Shown piece by piece: positions 1 through 9,365 of a DNA stretch of 64,000 nucleotides (positions are counted from its first letter, which is position 1; every line of letters starts with the position of its first letter). The DNA comes from an uncultured Lentisphaerales bacterium (GTDB lineage Bacteria > Verrucomicrobiota > Lentisphaeria > JABSQK01 > UBA12247), in the NCBI GenBank assembly GCA_943788985.1, contig CALSSJ010000026.1:1-64000 (forward strand), given 5' to 3'. A program made the translations under genes and the position numbers. The notes beneath the pieces were generated by a model that was given only the letters and a program-made list of their open reading frames with translations, was not told the origin of the DNA and ran no database searches.

Positions 1-95
1 CTCCTGATTTACCTGAGATAAATTCACAGCTATGCATTGAAATGCCTATGGGGTCATCTATAGTTGCCTCGTGAGTTCAGGAAATCGAGGGTACG

Positions 96-1120
96 ATGTC
101 TGAAGACGCACACACTTCTACGGTGCCACGTGGAAGCGCGGTCGGCGTGGGCGAGCTCCCGCGTCAACTCTACGGCGCCCTTGGTGCGGGAGATTGTCGC
201 CGGTCGCTGGTGCGAGGGCGAGACGGCTGCCCTCCTATGGTCAGCTTGCCAGCGAAACGGGGCTGAGCCGCACGCCGATTGAATCGGCGCTGGATGCGTC
301 TGGAAGAGGACGGCTACATCGAGCGGGTCAGCAAGAAGGGGCTGTTCTCTGAAGACCAAGCATCCGGGGCGGCATGTCTCCCGTGGGGGCGGTGGCCGTC
401 ATTGCGGATACTCGAATCCCAGCAGGCAGCCGCACAAACCAGGCGCGAGCGACCGATTCGTTTGGCGCATTCAACATCGACGAACTTCGCGAGGAAGCCG
501 AAGGGATTGGCCTCCGCGTAATGCCCCTGTCTATCAGCGTTTCGGATACGGAGGTTGCGAGCCGACTGGAAGCGCTTCGGGCAGAACCCGATTTCCACGG
601 GATCATTTCGCTGATACCCCGGAGCCGGCTGAAGGAATTGGTTGATACTGCGGTGACACCGGCGGTCTATCTGGGCGTGGAAGACTTGAGCTGCTCGCCG
701 TGTGTCGTGGGCAATCCGTACCGAGCGGCGGTGCTGCTGACCGAATTTCTGATTCAACACGGGCATCGCCAGATCGGCTTTTTCCCGGATGGCGCCCCCA
801 AGTGCACCGTGACCGAGGCGATATTGTGCGGACACCGCAACGCCATGGAAGAAGGCGGGGGCCCCTGCCGTGTAATGAGACCATGATGACGCTCGCGACA
901 ACAGATCCAGCATGTGGATGTGGCCGCAGTCAAAGGTCTACTGGATGCAAGCGCACCGTGCACAGCGATCATTGGTGGCTCAATTGGTATCACCCAAAAG
1001 ATCGTGGAGACGGCAGATCTGCTGGGGATGTCCATCCCGGATCAGCTCAGTCTCTGCTCCATGCAAGCTGGCTGGCTGCGCCCCACGGTCAACGAGCCGG
1101 TAATCGGCCATCCGCTATGA
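96..1120 (+). CDS. GntR-family HTH regulator with LacI-like sugar-binding C-terminal domain (several frameshifts)
   Basis: Joining frames from ATG 96 gives a GntR wHTH (VREIVAGRW..GE.LPSYGQLASETGLSRTPIESAL..LEEDGYIERVSKKGLF). LacI-like effector segments follow in ORFs 374..886 and 914..1120 (LTEFLIQHGHRQIGF; LLGMSIPDQLSL). Confidence 0.75.
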
Positions 1121-1267
1121 CTGGCATAAAGTCATTACCACGTGCTTCGAATTACTGCTGAACGACGACAAGAAACATCTCTCACGACTCGTGTTTAATC
1201 CTGAGATTGCCGAGTTCCCGCCGCCGAGTGTGGCGTCCATTCCAAAGCTCACCGAAGGAGAATAACC

Positions 1268-2601
1268 ATGCGACGATTCATCACGTTATGTGCGGTTGGT
1301 ATCACGCTATGTCTCGCAGCGCCATTGCATGCCGCCGCGTTGACATGGGATGATGGTGCCGGCAATGATAATTGGAGTTCGGGCACAAACTGGAATCCAG
1401 ACACAGCACCCACCAATGGCGACTCTGTGATTCTCACCGCGACGGCTCAAAGCAGGCTTGATTACGCCTGGATCATTGAGAGTGGCCAATCTCTGACCTC
1501 ATCTACCTCTGGGGTCGGTGATGAACTCGTGCTGCAGAGCAGCTCCGACCTGACCTTGGCGACCGGCGGGACGATGGACATTGGATTCATGCGGCCGCGC
1601 TTCTCGTCCGGCGGCCAGTTCACGATTGAGCCAGGCGCCAGTCTTAACACAGACAACTACGGCCTGGGCTCCACTGCTGCTACGATCACCTTTGAGGCAA
1701 ATGCCGCTGGCGTAACTACTTGGAACAACACAGGGAATTTTCAGATGGGCTCGGACAATCTTGTGATTGATCTGAGCAACTACGACATTGCGAACGGCAC
1801 CACGCTGATTCTCGTTGATTACAACGTGGTCGGAGACCTGGCAGGCCAGACATTTGCTTCGGTGACCGTTACCGGGGGATACGGCGGCACACTTGAGTAT
1901 ACCTATGATCAAGGCGGCGGGGATGTGACCATTGCCCTCACAGACATCCAGCGCGTGCTGACGTGGGACGATGGGGGGCCCCGGAGATGACAATTGGAGT
2001 TCTGCGAGCAACTGGGACCCAAACCAGATCCCCACCGACGGAGAACTCCGCCGTTCTTACGCCAACCGCCCAGAGCCGAATGAATCTAGCCTGGACAATT
2101 GAAAGTGGCCGCTCCCTGACATCGACGTCATCGGGATTTGGTGACGAATTGGTCCTGCAAAGCGGTGGCGACCTGACGCTCGCAACCGGCGGGACGATGG
2201 ACATTGGATTCATGCGGCCGCGCTTCTCGTCCGGCGGCCAGTTCACGATTGAGCCAGGTGCCAGTCTTGACACAGACAACTACGGCCCTTGGCTCCATTG
2301 CTGCTACGATCACCTTTGAGGCAAATGCCACTGGCGTAACTACGTGGAACTGCACAGGGAATTTTGACGTGGGCTCGGACAACTTGACGGTAGACCTGAC
2401 CAACTACGGACGTTTCAAATGGGACCACCTTGGTCCTCGTGGACTATGGCACCCAGAGCGGCACGTTTGGCTCAGTCACGCTAACCCCGTCGAATTGGCG
2501 GGGGACACTCGACTACGCGTATGATCAGGGTAGCGGCGATCTGGCGATTGCCCCTGACCAACATCTACTCGGCCACGGGTGCAGTGATTCTAGTAAGGTA
2601 G
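1268..2601 (+). CDS. Secreted protein with two tandem ~205-aa beta-rich repeat domains (frameshifted)
   Basis: Has an RBS (AAGGAG) and signal peptide MRRFITLCAVGITLCLAAPLHA. The domain starting LTWDDGAGNDNWS occurs twice, across ORFs 1268..1990, 1963..2319, 2204..2524 and 2430..2666. The reconstructed end is ...NIYSATGAVILVR* (TAG 2599-2601). Confidence 0.7.
1562..2383 (+). repeat. Intragenic direct repeat between the two domains
   Basis: 1562-1635 is identical to 2185-2258 (74 bp). Near-identity continues to about 1758 and 2383. Confidence 0.9.
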
Positions 2602-2602
2602 A

Positions 2603-3468
2603 ATGCGGCCTTCCAGCAAATTTTTTCGGCCGTTTTCATACAACTGGACTGTGTTCGGGGCCATGAGAGTCAGCGATCGCCAGGCCTACAGGTGGCGGAA
2701 CCGCCCCGCAGCTCCAGGAGCGCTGCTTTACACTGATCGAACTCCTAGTGGTCATTACGATCATCGCGATTCTTGCGGCGTTGCTGCTGCCAGCCTTAAG
2801 CAGCTCAAAAGACACGGCGCGCCGAACCGCCTGCATGAACAATCTGAAGAACCTCGGCCTGGGCCCCATGACATCGTACGTCGATGATCAGGCGAGCTTC
2901 TTCCCCTACACACGGAAAGTCAGCAATCACAACATCATCTCCTGGGATGATTTGATCTCAGGGTATGACGGTCGGGCAGAGGTACCCAATCCTCGGCAGG
3001 CCTGGATTATCTGGAGCGCGGAAGAGGAGAACAGGAATGCAATGTATCAATGTGACACCGACCGCATCCCGGCCCAAGGTGATGCAATCAGACGCTCCTA
3101 CTCCGCCAGCCAACTCAAGGAGAACGATAATCTGAGACGGGGCGTCATCGGCCCAGGCGATGCCAGCGGGGTCGAATTTTCCCGCCATCTGGCCGAGATT
3201 CGCAACGCCTCTGAGGCCATCATGCTGACCGAGAATTTTCACCAGCTCAATCGCATGGGCGTGCACAACTTGGCAACTTCGACCTCCGCCACACACTATA
3301 ACATTTTCTTGGCGGACAGCCCGACCAATCCAATTCCCCACCGGAACGGAGCCAATTACTTGATGGTCGACGGCCATGCCGAGTTTCTGCACGGCTTTGA
3401 AACCTTCCTGGATGTATCCAACCCGCAAGCCGATGCTCGGAACACCATGTGGGAATGCGGGCAATTAG
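2603..3468 (+). CDS. Prepilin-type N-terminal cleavage/methylation protein with H-X9-DG C-terminal motif (DUF1559-like); start uncertain, frameshifted
   Basis: Reads [42 protein letters not shown] near 2725 and [13 protein letters not shown] near 3340-3376. A likely stop is TAG 3466-3468 after a one-base shift. Confidence 0.8.
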
Positions 3469-3513
3469 GCCCGCACTTTCTCGTACCTCGAACAGTGGAA
3501 TTACAGCACGACC

Positions 3514-5725
3514 ATGTCCAAAACCCTCCGCCCTTTCCTGACAGCAATTGCGGTCTTCGCAATCACTTCCCTCCCCCTTCACGCAGCCCCAAAGCCCAAC
3601 ATCGTCCATATCATGATCGACGACCTGGGCTGGCAGGATATTGCCAGCCATAAGGTAGATGGAAAGCCGGTGTATGAGACCCCGCATCTGGATCGGCTGA
3701 CGCGCCAGGGGCGCCGTTTCACGCAGGGCTATTCGCCAGCGCCGACATGCGCGCCGTCGCGGGCTGCATTTCTGCGTGGGCAGTTTCCCCGCCAACACTG
3801 GTGTCTACCACGTCATGGGCGGGCGTATCCCACGCCCACACCACAATGGGCTGCCCTATATCCCGCCGTTCTACCCCTATGGGTTGTCCCTGGACGCTCC
3901 GACCATACCGAAGGTTCTGCGCAAAGCTGGCTATGTCAGTGGGCACGTCGGCAAATGGCATCTCGGCGGGAAGTCCGCGGGCTACCCGTTCCCCCCAGAT
4001 CAGGGATTTGACTTTGGCTTCAGCGAACGAAACGGCCGCAGTAAGTATTACAACGATCCAAGACCTCTGGCGCTCCAATGAAAGTGACAAAAACTCATTC
4101 TTTGGCTCCTGGTCACGAATGAAACCAGACCGTCTGTCCGACTTCGCCACAGCTGGCGCTGAGGACCGCTATCAATTGGACGAAGGTGGCCGGCCGTTCG
4201 ACAAGCCGCTCGACCTGGCGCTGGGCTTTCTCAAGAAATACAACGACCGCCCGTTTCTTCCTCAACTTCTGCACCTACTACGTGCATGGCCCCATTCAGA
4301 CGCGCGACCGCGCTCGCTTCGACCTCTACCTGAACAAGATGGGCCAGGCCTTCCCCGATGATCCAGAAGCCGAACCGGATGGCCCCGGCCACATTAACCC
4401 GTACTACGGGGCCATGGTCGATACCATCGACTGGATGGTCGGCCAGGTCATCACCTGCCTCGAGACCACCGATGATCCGCGCAACCCGGGGACACAAGCT
4501 GATCGACAATACGTACGTTGTCCTGGACTCGGACAACGGCGGTTGGATTGGCAACCCGGGCCGACGGATCACCGACAACAGCCCGCTCTACGGTGGCAAG
4601 CAAACCACCTATGAAGGCGGGATCCGCATTCCGTTTTTGGTTCGTGGCCCCAACGTACCTGCAGGCACCAACTGCGACACGCCAGTCAGCATGGTCGACC
4701 TGTTCCCCACATTCATGGCCATGGGCCGGGCTGAAACACGACGCCGCGCTGGACCTCGATGGCTGCGACATCCTGCCGCTCATACATGGCACAGCCGACC
4801 AGGCCCGCCCCTCCCCAGCGGCAAGCAGCGTGAAGCTCTTTACTGGTACTTCCCGACCGAGAGCCACATGTCCTCCGCGATTCGCAAGGGCCCCTGGAAG
4901 CTGATCCGCAACTATGGCGTCGGCATGAAAACGACCGAAGGCATCCAGCTCTTTCGGCTGTATCAATGAGGACGGCTCGGTGCATGATCTTGGCGAGTCG
5001 AACAACCTCGCAGACAAGGAGCCTGCCACGCGCGATGCGCTGCTTGCCGATCTCGAAGCGTTCCTCGCCACTGCTGGCATCTCCCCGCCCTATCGCAATC
5101 GGCTGGCGGCCCCCGAATCAGAGCAAGCGAGTTCACCAGCGATCCTCAGTCTTGGCACCCCAGCATGACAGGGTCTGGGTGACGTTCGAAACCGGCAAGG
5201 GAAAAGTCGCGATTACCGAGGCCAAGTTCCTCTATACCCTCAGCCCACGCTGGATGGACTCCACGCGCGGCCACCGTGAGGAGTGGTTCTCCGCAGCGGC
5301 GACCATTCAGGACGGCCGCGTGACTGCGATCATGCCACCGGGCGCTACGCATGGTGCCTTCTGCTTGCGTGACGCCAACGACTTTCTCATCACCTCCGAA
5401 TCCATGCCGAGCTTTCAGGAGATCAGCCATGGCACCACGGACACTAAGATCCTTGAGAATGGCTTTGCCTACAAGCCCGGACTGTTTGCGCTGATCAAGC
5501 TAGGTGAGCAAGCCCGCAACTCAGCAAAGAAGGCGAACCTGGACACCACAGTCCTGGAGGCTGCGATTGCCAGCGCCCGGCAGGCCCATGAGTCCGAGGA
5601 TGACTCCGATGTCCTCCATTGCAATGCCATCCGCATGCTGCGTGTGGCCATCCGTAGTCAGGAGGGGCGCACCTGAAGCGGCCAATTACCACATCAATCG
5701 CTTCCCGCTTGACCCGCTATTTTAA
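3514..5725 (+). CDS. Sulfatase (Cys-type, formylglycine-dependent) with C-terminal extension; multiple frameshifts
   Basis: Signal peptide, [28 protein letters not shown] and YEGGIRIP are spread over ORFs 3514..4011, 3776..4081, 4186..4614, 4358..4969 and 4966..5676. Confidence 0.85.
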
Positions 5726-5746
5726 GTGAAGAGGAAAGCTACACGC

Positions 5747-7568
5747 ATGAAGTCTAAATGGTCCCTGGAAACTACTGCCGCTTCTCATTGCGCTGACTAC
5801 GTTCGGTGCGGAGCGGCCGGCGAAGCCGAATATCGTGCTGATGCTGATCGACGACTTGGGCTGGCAAGACGTCAGCTGCTACGACATCGACGAACCGAGT
5901 CCCTACGAGACACCGCATGTGGATGCGCTGGCAAAGCGCGGGGTACTGTTTCGGGATGCCTATTCGCCGGCCCCGACGTGTGCGCCGAGTCGTTGTGCGA
6001 TCCTGGCGGGGCAGCATCCGGCGCGGTTGCAGAAGACACATGTCAAAGGCGGGCAGCCGCCCAAACCACGCAACGCAGCCCGAGACCGGCTGATCGACCC
6101 CTGGTATCGCGGGGGCCTTCCAGTGACCGAGACCACGGTCGCAGAGGTGCTGCGCGACCATGGCTACCGGACCGGGCATAGCGGCAAATGGCACGTGGCC
6201 ATCAACCACAATAGCTACCCGAAACCGACCGATCATGGCTTCGACATCACGGTGCATGGCCGAGGTGTGAATTCAAAGATGAAGCCCCACCGCCTGACCG
6301 AATTTGCGACCGGCAACACCGACGATCCCTATCAGTTGGACGCCAACGGCTTTCCCAAGGACAGCGTTACGGAGGGAGCGATTAGCTTCATGAGCGACGC
6401 CAAGGCACAGCCGTTCTTCCTGTACTATGCGACCTGGCTGGTGCATTACCCGATCCAGAGCCGCAGCAAGGCACTGCTAGAGAAGTACTGCCAGAAGCTG
6501 GGCGTGCCGTTCCCAACCAATCCGGACGGCTGGCCGCTGGATGGCCAGCGTAACCCCTACTACTGCGCCATGGTCGAGATGGTCGATTATTACGTCGGCC
6601 AGCTGGTCACGTATCTGGAGACCACCGATGACCCGCGTTGGCCTGGGCATAAGCTGATCGACAATACCTACATCATCTTCACTTCTGATAATGGCGGTGC
6701 TGAAGGTGGGGGCAAGGAAGTCTATACCGACAATGCGCCGCTCGATCAGGGCAAGGGCAGTACCAACGAAGGCGGGGTGCGCGTGCCGCTGATCATCGCT
6801 GGCCCGGGCATCAAGCAGGGGGCCGAGACTCAGGTCCTGGCCAATGGCCTGGACGTCTACCCCACCATCCTCTTTTGGACGCGGGCAGCAAAACCACAGG
6901 ATGTCCTGCTCGATGGTTGTGATCTGTCAGCTCTGCTCACCGGCAACCCGACCGATGCAACCCTGGTCAAGACCGCCAACGGCGATGTCCGTGATACCAT
7001 CCTTCATCATTTCCCGCATGGCAGCGCTGCGGGCTCGAGCCTGCGCCAGGGCGGCTACAAGCTGCTCTATAACTATGATCAAGTCGGCAAAGCCGCGAAG
7101 CCCGAGGTCGAATTGTACCGCCTGTACGATGCCAAAGGCACCCGCACAGACATCGAAGAGCAGACGGACCTGGCGGCACAGATGCCGGAGAAGGCCAAGG
7201 CGATGAAGACCCTGCTGCTCGCCGAACTGGAGGCGATGGCTGCTTCTCGCCCCTATCTCAATCCGCACGTAAGCGAGGCCCTGCCGAATCAGGACACCGT
7301 CTGCAAGCCAGGCAAGCTCAAGCGTCAGGGGCGTACGGTTTCGCTGTCCTTTACCGAGCGCGGCGCCAAGGTGGTCAAGAGCTACCTGCTGTACACCCGC
7401 AATAAGGGAGAGCGCGCCGAGGAGTGGTTCCGAGTCGAGGCCTCTCTGGGCAACGGCCGTGTATCCGCTGAGCTGCCCAAAGGCACCAACGGCTACCTGT
7501 TCACCCTAATTGATGAACACAACTACCTCACCTCCAGCACAACCACCGAAGAGAAGGGGGCGCAATGA
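5747..7568 (+). CDS. Sulfatase (Cys-type) with C-terminal extension; frameshift in signal-peptide region
   Basis: Motifs KPNIVLMLIDDLG, CAPSR, GKWH, TSDNGG and EGGVRVP. It is a clear paralog of the preceding gene. Confidence 0.92.
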
Positions 7569-7580
7569 TGCGGTCCGCAA

Positions 7581-7718
7581 GTAGCTTGACCTGCCAGGTC
7601 GACCCCGTGAATCCAACATCCACGAGAGCCAGTGCGTGCGGAATTCGCACCATCGGCACTTCTTCTTCCTGTTTCTCTCTGCCATTCTCTTGGGGTCGGG
7701 CAAGGATGCCCAACCTAC
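7581..7718. repeat. Inverted pair of GTAG-initiated REP-like palindromes
   Basis: 7581-7604 is GTAGcttgacctgccaggtcgacc. On the minus strand, 7694-7718 is GTAGgttgggcatccttgcccgacc. Each is GTAG plus an imperfect hairpin. Confidence 0.65.
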
Positions 7719-9238
7719 GTTGCGGCTCGTTTCGTACGCTTGCCATCCTCCTCTGCCTTGCGGGCACCTCCCTCGTGTCTCTCGCCCAGGCCCCACTGCC
7801 AGCGACCGCTGTCCCCGAACAACGACTGACGCCGGAATGGCGCGCAGAACGGCACGCCGAGAAGGTCGCACAAGCCAAGACCGGAAAGGCCCAGCTCGTG
7901 ATGATCGGTGACTCGATCACTCACAATTGGGAGCGCCAGCGGAACTACGCGGAGCAGTTTAGCCGATACAATACGCTGAACCTCGGCTTCGGCGGCGACC
8001 GCACCCAGAACGTCCTCTGGCGCATCCAGAATGGCGGGATCGACGGCATCTCGCCCAAGCTGGTCACCTTGATGATTGGCACCAACAATATCAACCGCAA
8101 TAAACCGGATGAGATTGCAGCAGGAATCAATACCATTGTTGCGGAACTGCGCCAGCGTCTGCCGGAGTCACGGATTGTTGTCCTCTCAATTTTCCCGCGC
8201 AAGCACTCGAGAGGAAACGGTGAAGACTTTAAAGCGGTGGAGGAAGTCAACAAGCTGCTGCCAGCACTTGCCGACAATCAGCACGTGTTTCACGTTGACA
8301 TCAATCAGGCCTTTCTGGGCGACAACGGGCAGCCCCGAAAAGAACTCTACAGCCGCGACCTGCTGCACCTGAGCAACCAGGGCTATGCCGCCTGGTCTGC
8401 AGCGTTGAAGCCGCTCCTGGCCGAAGCCGGTCTGACGCCAGCAGAAGGCGACAGCGTGGCGGAGTCCGCAACCGAGCCCCCGGTCATCCGCCTCTGGCCG
8501 ATCGACAGGGTTGGGGGCGAAGCCAACCGGCTGAAGGAGATCTACCGGGACCGGCGCGGCCGCAAGCAGCTCTGCGGTGTGCTGGATCCGAACATGACGG
8601 TCTATCAGGTGAAGAGCGATGCCCCCACGCCAGCGCTCATCTACTGTCCGGGGGGCGCCTACAAGATTCTGGGCTTGCCTTCGCCCCAGGCGATCAAAGC
8701 CTGGCATGAGCTGGGCATCAGCGTATTCGTGCTCAAATACACCATTCCGGATGCGCCCGATGCAGCCTTCAAGGATGTTCAGCGGGCAGTGCGTATCGTT
8801 CGCCATCAAGCGAAGAAATGGAATGTCGATCCCAAGCGGATTGGCCTATTTGGCAATTCTGCTGGCGGGCACCTGTCCGCTCGCCTGACGCAGAACTATG
8901 AGCACGCGGCCTACGAGCCGATTGACGAAGCAGACACAGTCAGCTGCGAACCCAACTTCGCGACCCTGCAATGCGCCGCCTATTTCCAGGGGCGGGAAAT
9001 GGACAAAGATTTTGACGCCGAACTCTTTCACATGAAAAACAAAACGGCTCCGACATTCCTGACGTATTCCAAGGACGACAAGTTCTGCAAGGGGGGCATC
9101 GACTACGCAAAACAGCTCACAGATGCCGGTGGCAAGATCGAATTGAAGCTCTTTGCGAAGGGCGGACACGGAATGGCCGGATGCGACTGGTTCACTCCAA
9201 TGTCACAATGGCTGAAGAAACAGCAGATTGTGAAGTGA
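7706..9238 (+). CDS. Fused SGNH/GDSL esterase plus alpha/beta-hydrolase (carbohydrate esterase)
   Basis: Signal peptide, then SGNH blocks IGDSIT, GFGGDRT, IGTNN and DLLH. The second domain has PGGAY, GNSAGG and GGHG. The start codon is uncertain. Confidence 0.85.
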   Translation: MPNLRCGSFRTLAILLCLAGTSLVSLAQAPLPATAVPEQRLTPEWRAERHAEKVAQAKTGKAQLVMIGDSITHNWERQRNYAEQFSRYNTLNLGFGGDRTQNVLWRIQNGGIDGISPKLVTLMIGTNNINRNKPDEIAAGINTIVAELRQRLPESRIVVLSIFPRKHSRGNGEDFKAVEEVNKLLPALADNQHVFHVDINQAFLGDNGQPRKELYSRDLLHLSNQGYAAWSAALKPLLAEAGLTPAEGDSVAESATEPPVIRLWPIDRVGGEANRLKEIYRDRRGRKQLCGVLDPNMTVYQVKSDAPTPALIYCPGGAYKILGLPSPQAIKAWHELGISVFVLKYTIPDAPDAAFKDVQRAVRIVRHQAKKWNVDPKRIGLFGNSAGGHLSARLTQNYEHAAYEPIDEADTVSCEPNFATLQCAAYFQGREMDKDFDAELFHMKNKTAPTFLTYSKDDKFCKGGIDYAKQLTDAGGKIELKLFAKGGHGMAGCDWFTPMSQWLKKQQIVK

Positions 9239-9247
9239 GTCTATTTT

Positions 9248-9342
9248 GACTCGCGACGCGCGACGCGCGGCTCGCGATCTTTCTGAACGTATCGACCGCG
9301 CGACTCGCCGCATCAGGAGTCGAGAGTCGCTGGTCGCGGGTC
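9248..9342. repeat. Intergenic inverted repeat built from 7-bp units
   Basis: Left arm: gactcgc gacgcgc gacgcgc ggctcgc. Right arm: gagtc gagagtc gctggtc gcgggtc. Confidence 0.75.
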
Positions 9343-9365
9343 CCCCCCAAAAAAGGAACAACCCC

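Noticed and set aside
2748..3653. ORF-track C-terminal extension of the first pilin-like gene overlapping the sulfatase
   Set aside because: This family ends shortly after the DG motif. A one-base correction gives a stop at 3466-3468, before the sulfatase start at 3514.
96..5830. Apparent pseudogenes or programmed frameshifts in the regulator, repeat protein, pilin-like gene and sulfatases
   Set aside because: The breaks are single-base indels, often in short homopolymers. I saw no in-frame nonsense codons and the motifs are intact, which fits long-read or low-coverage consensus error. Read data are needed to confirm.
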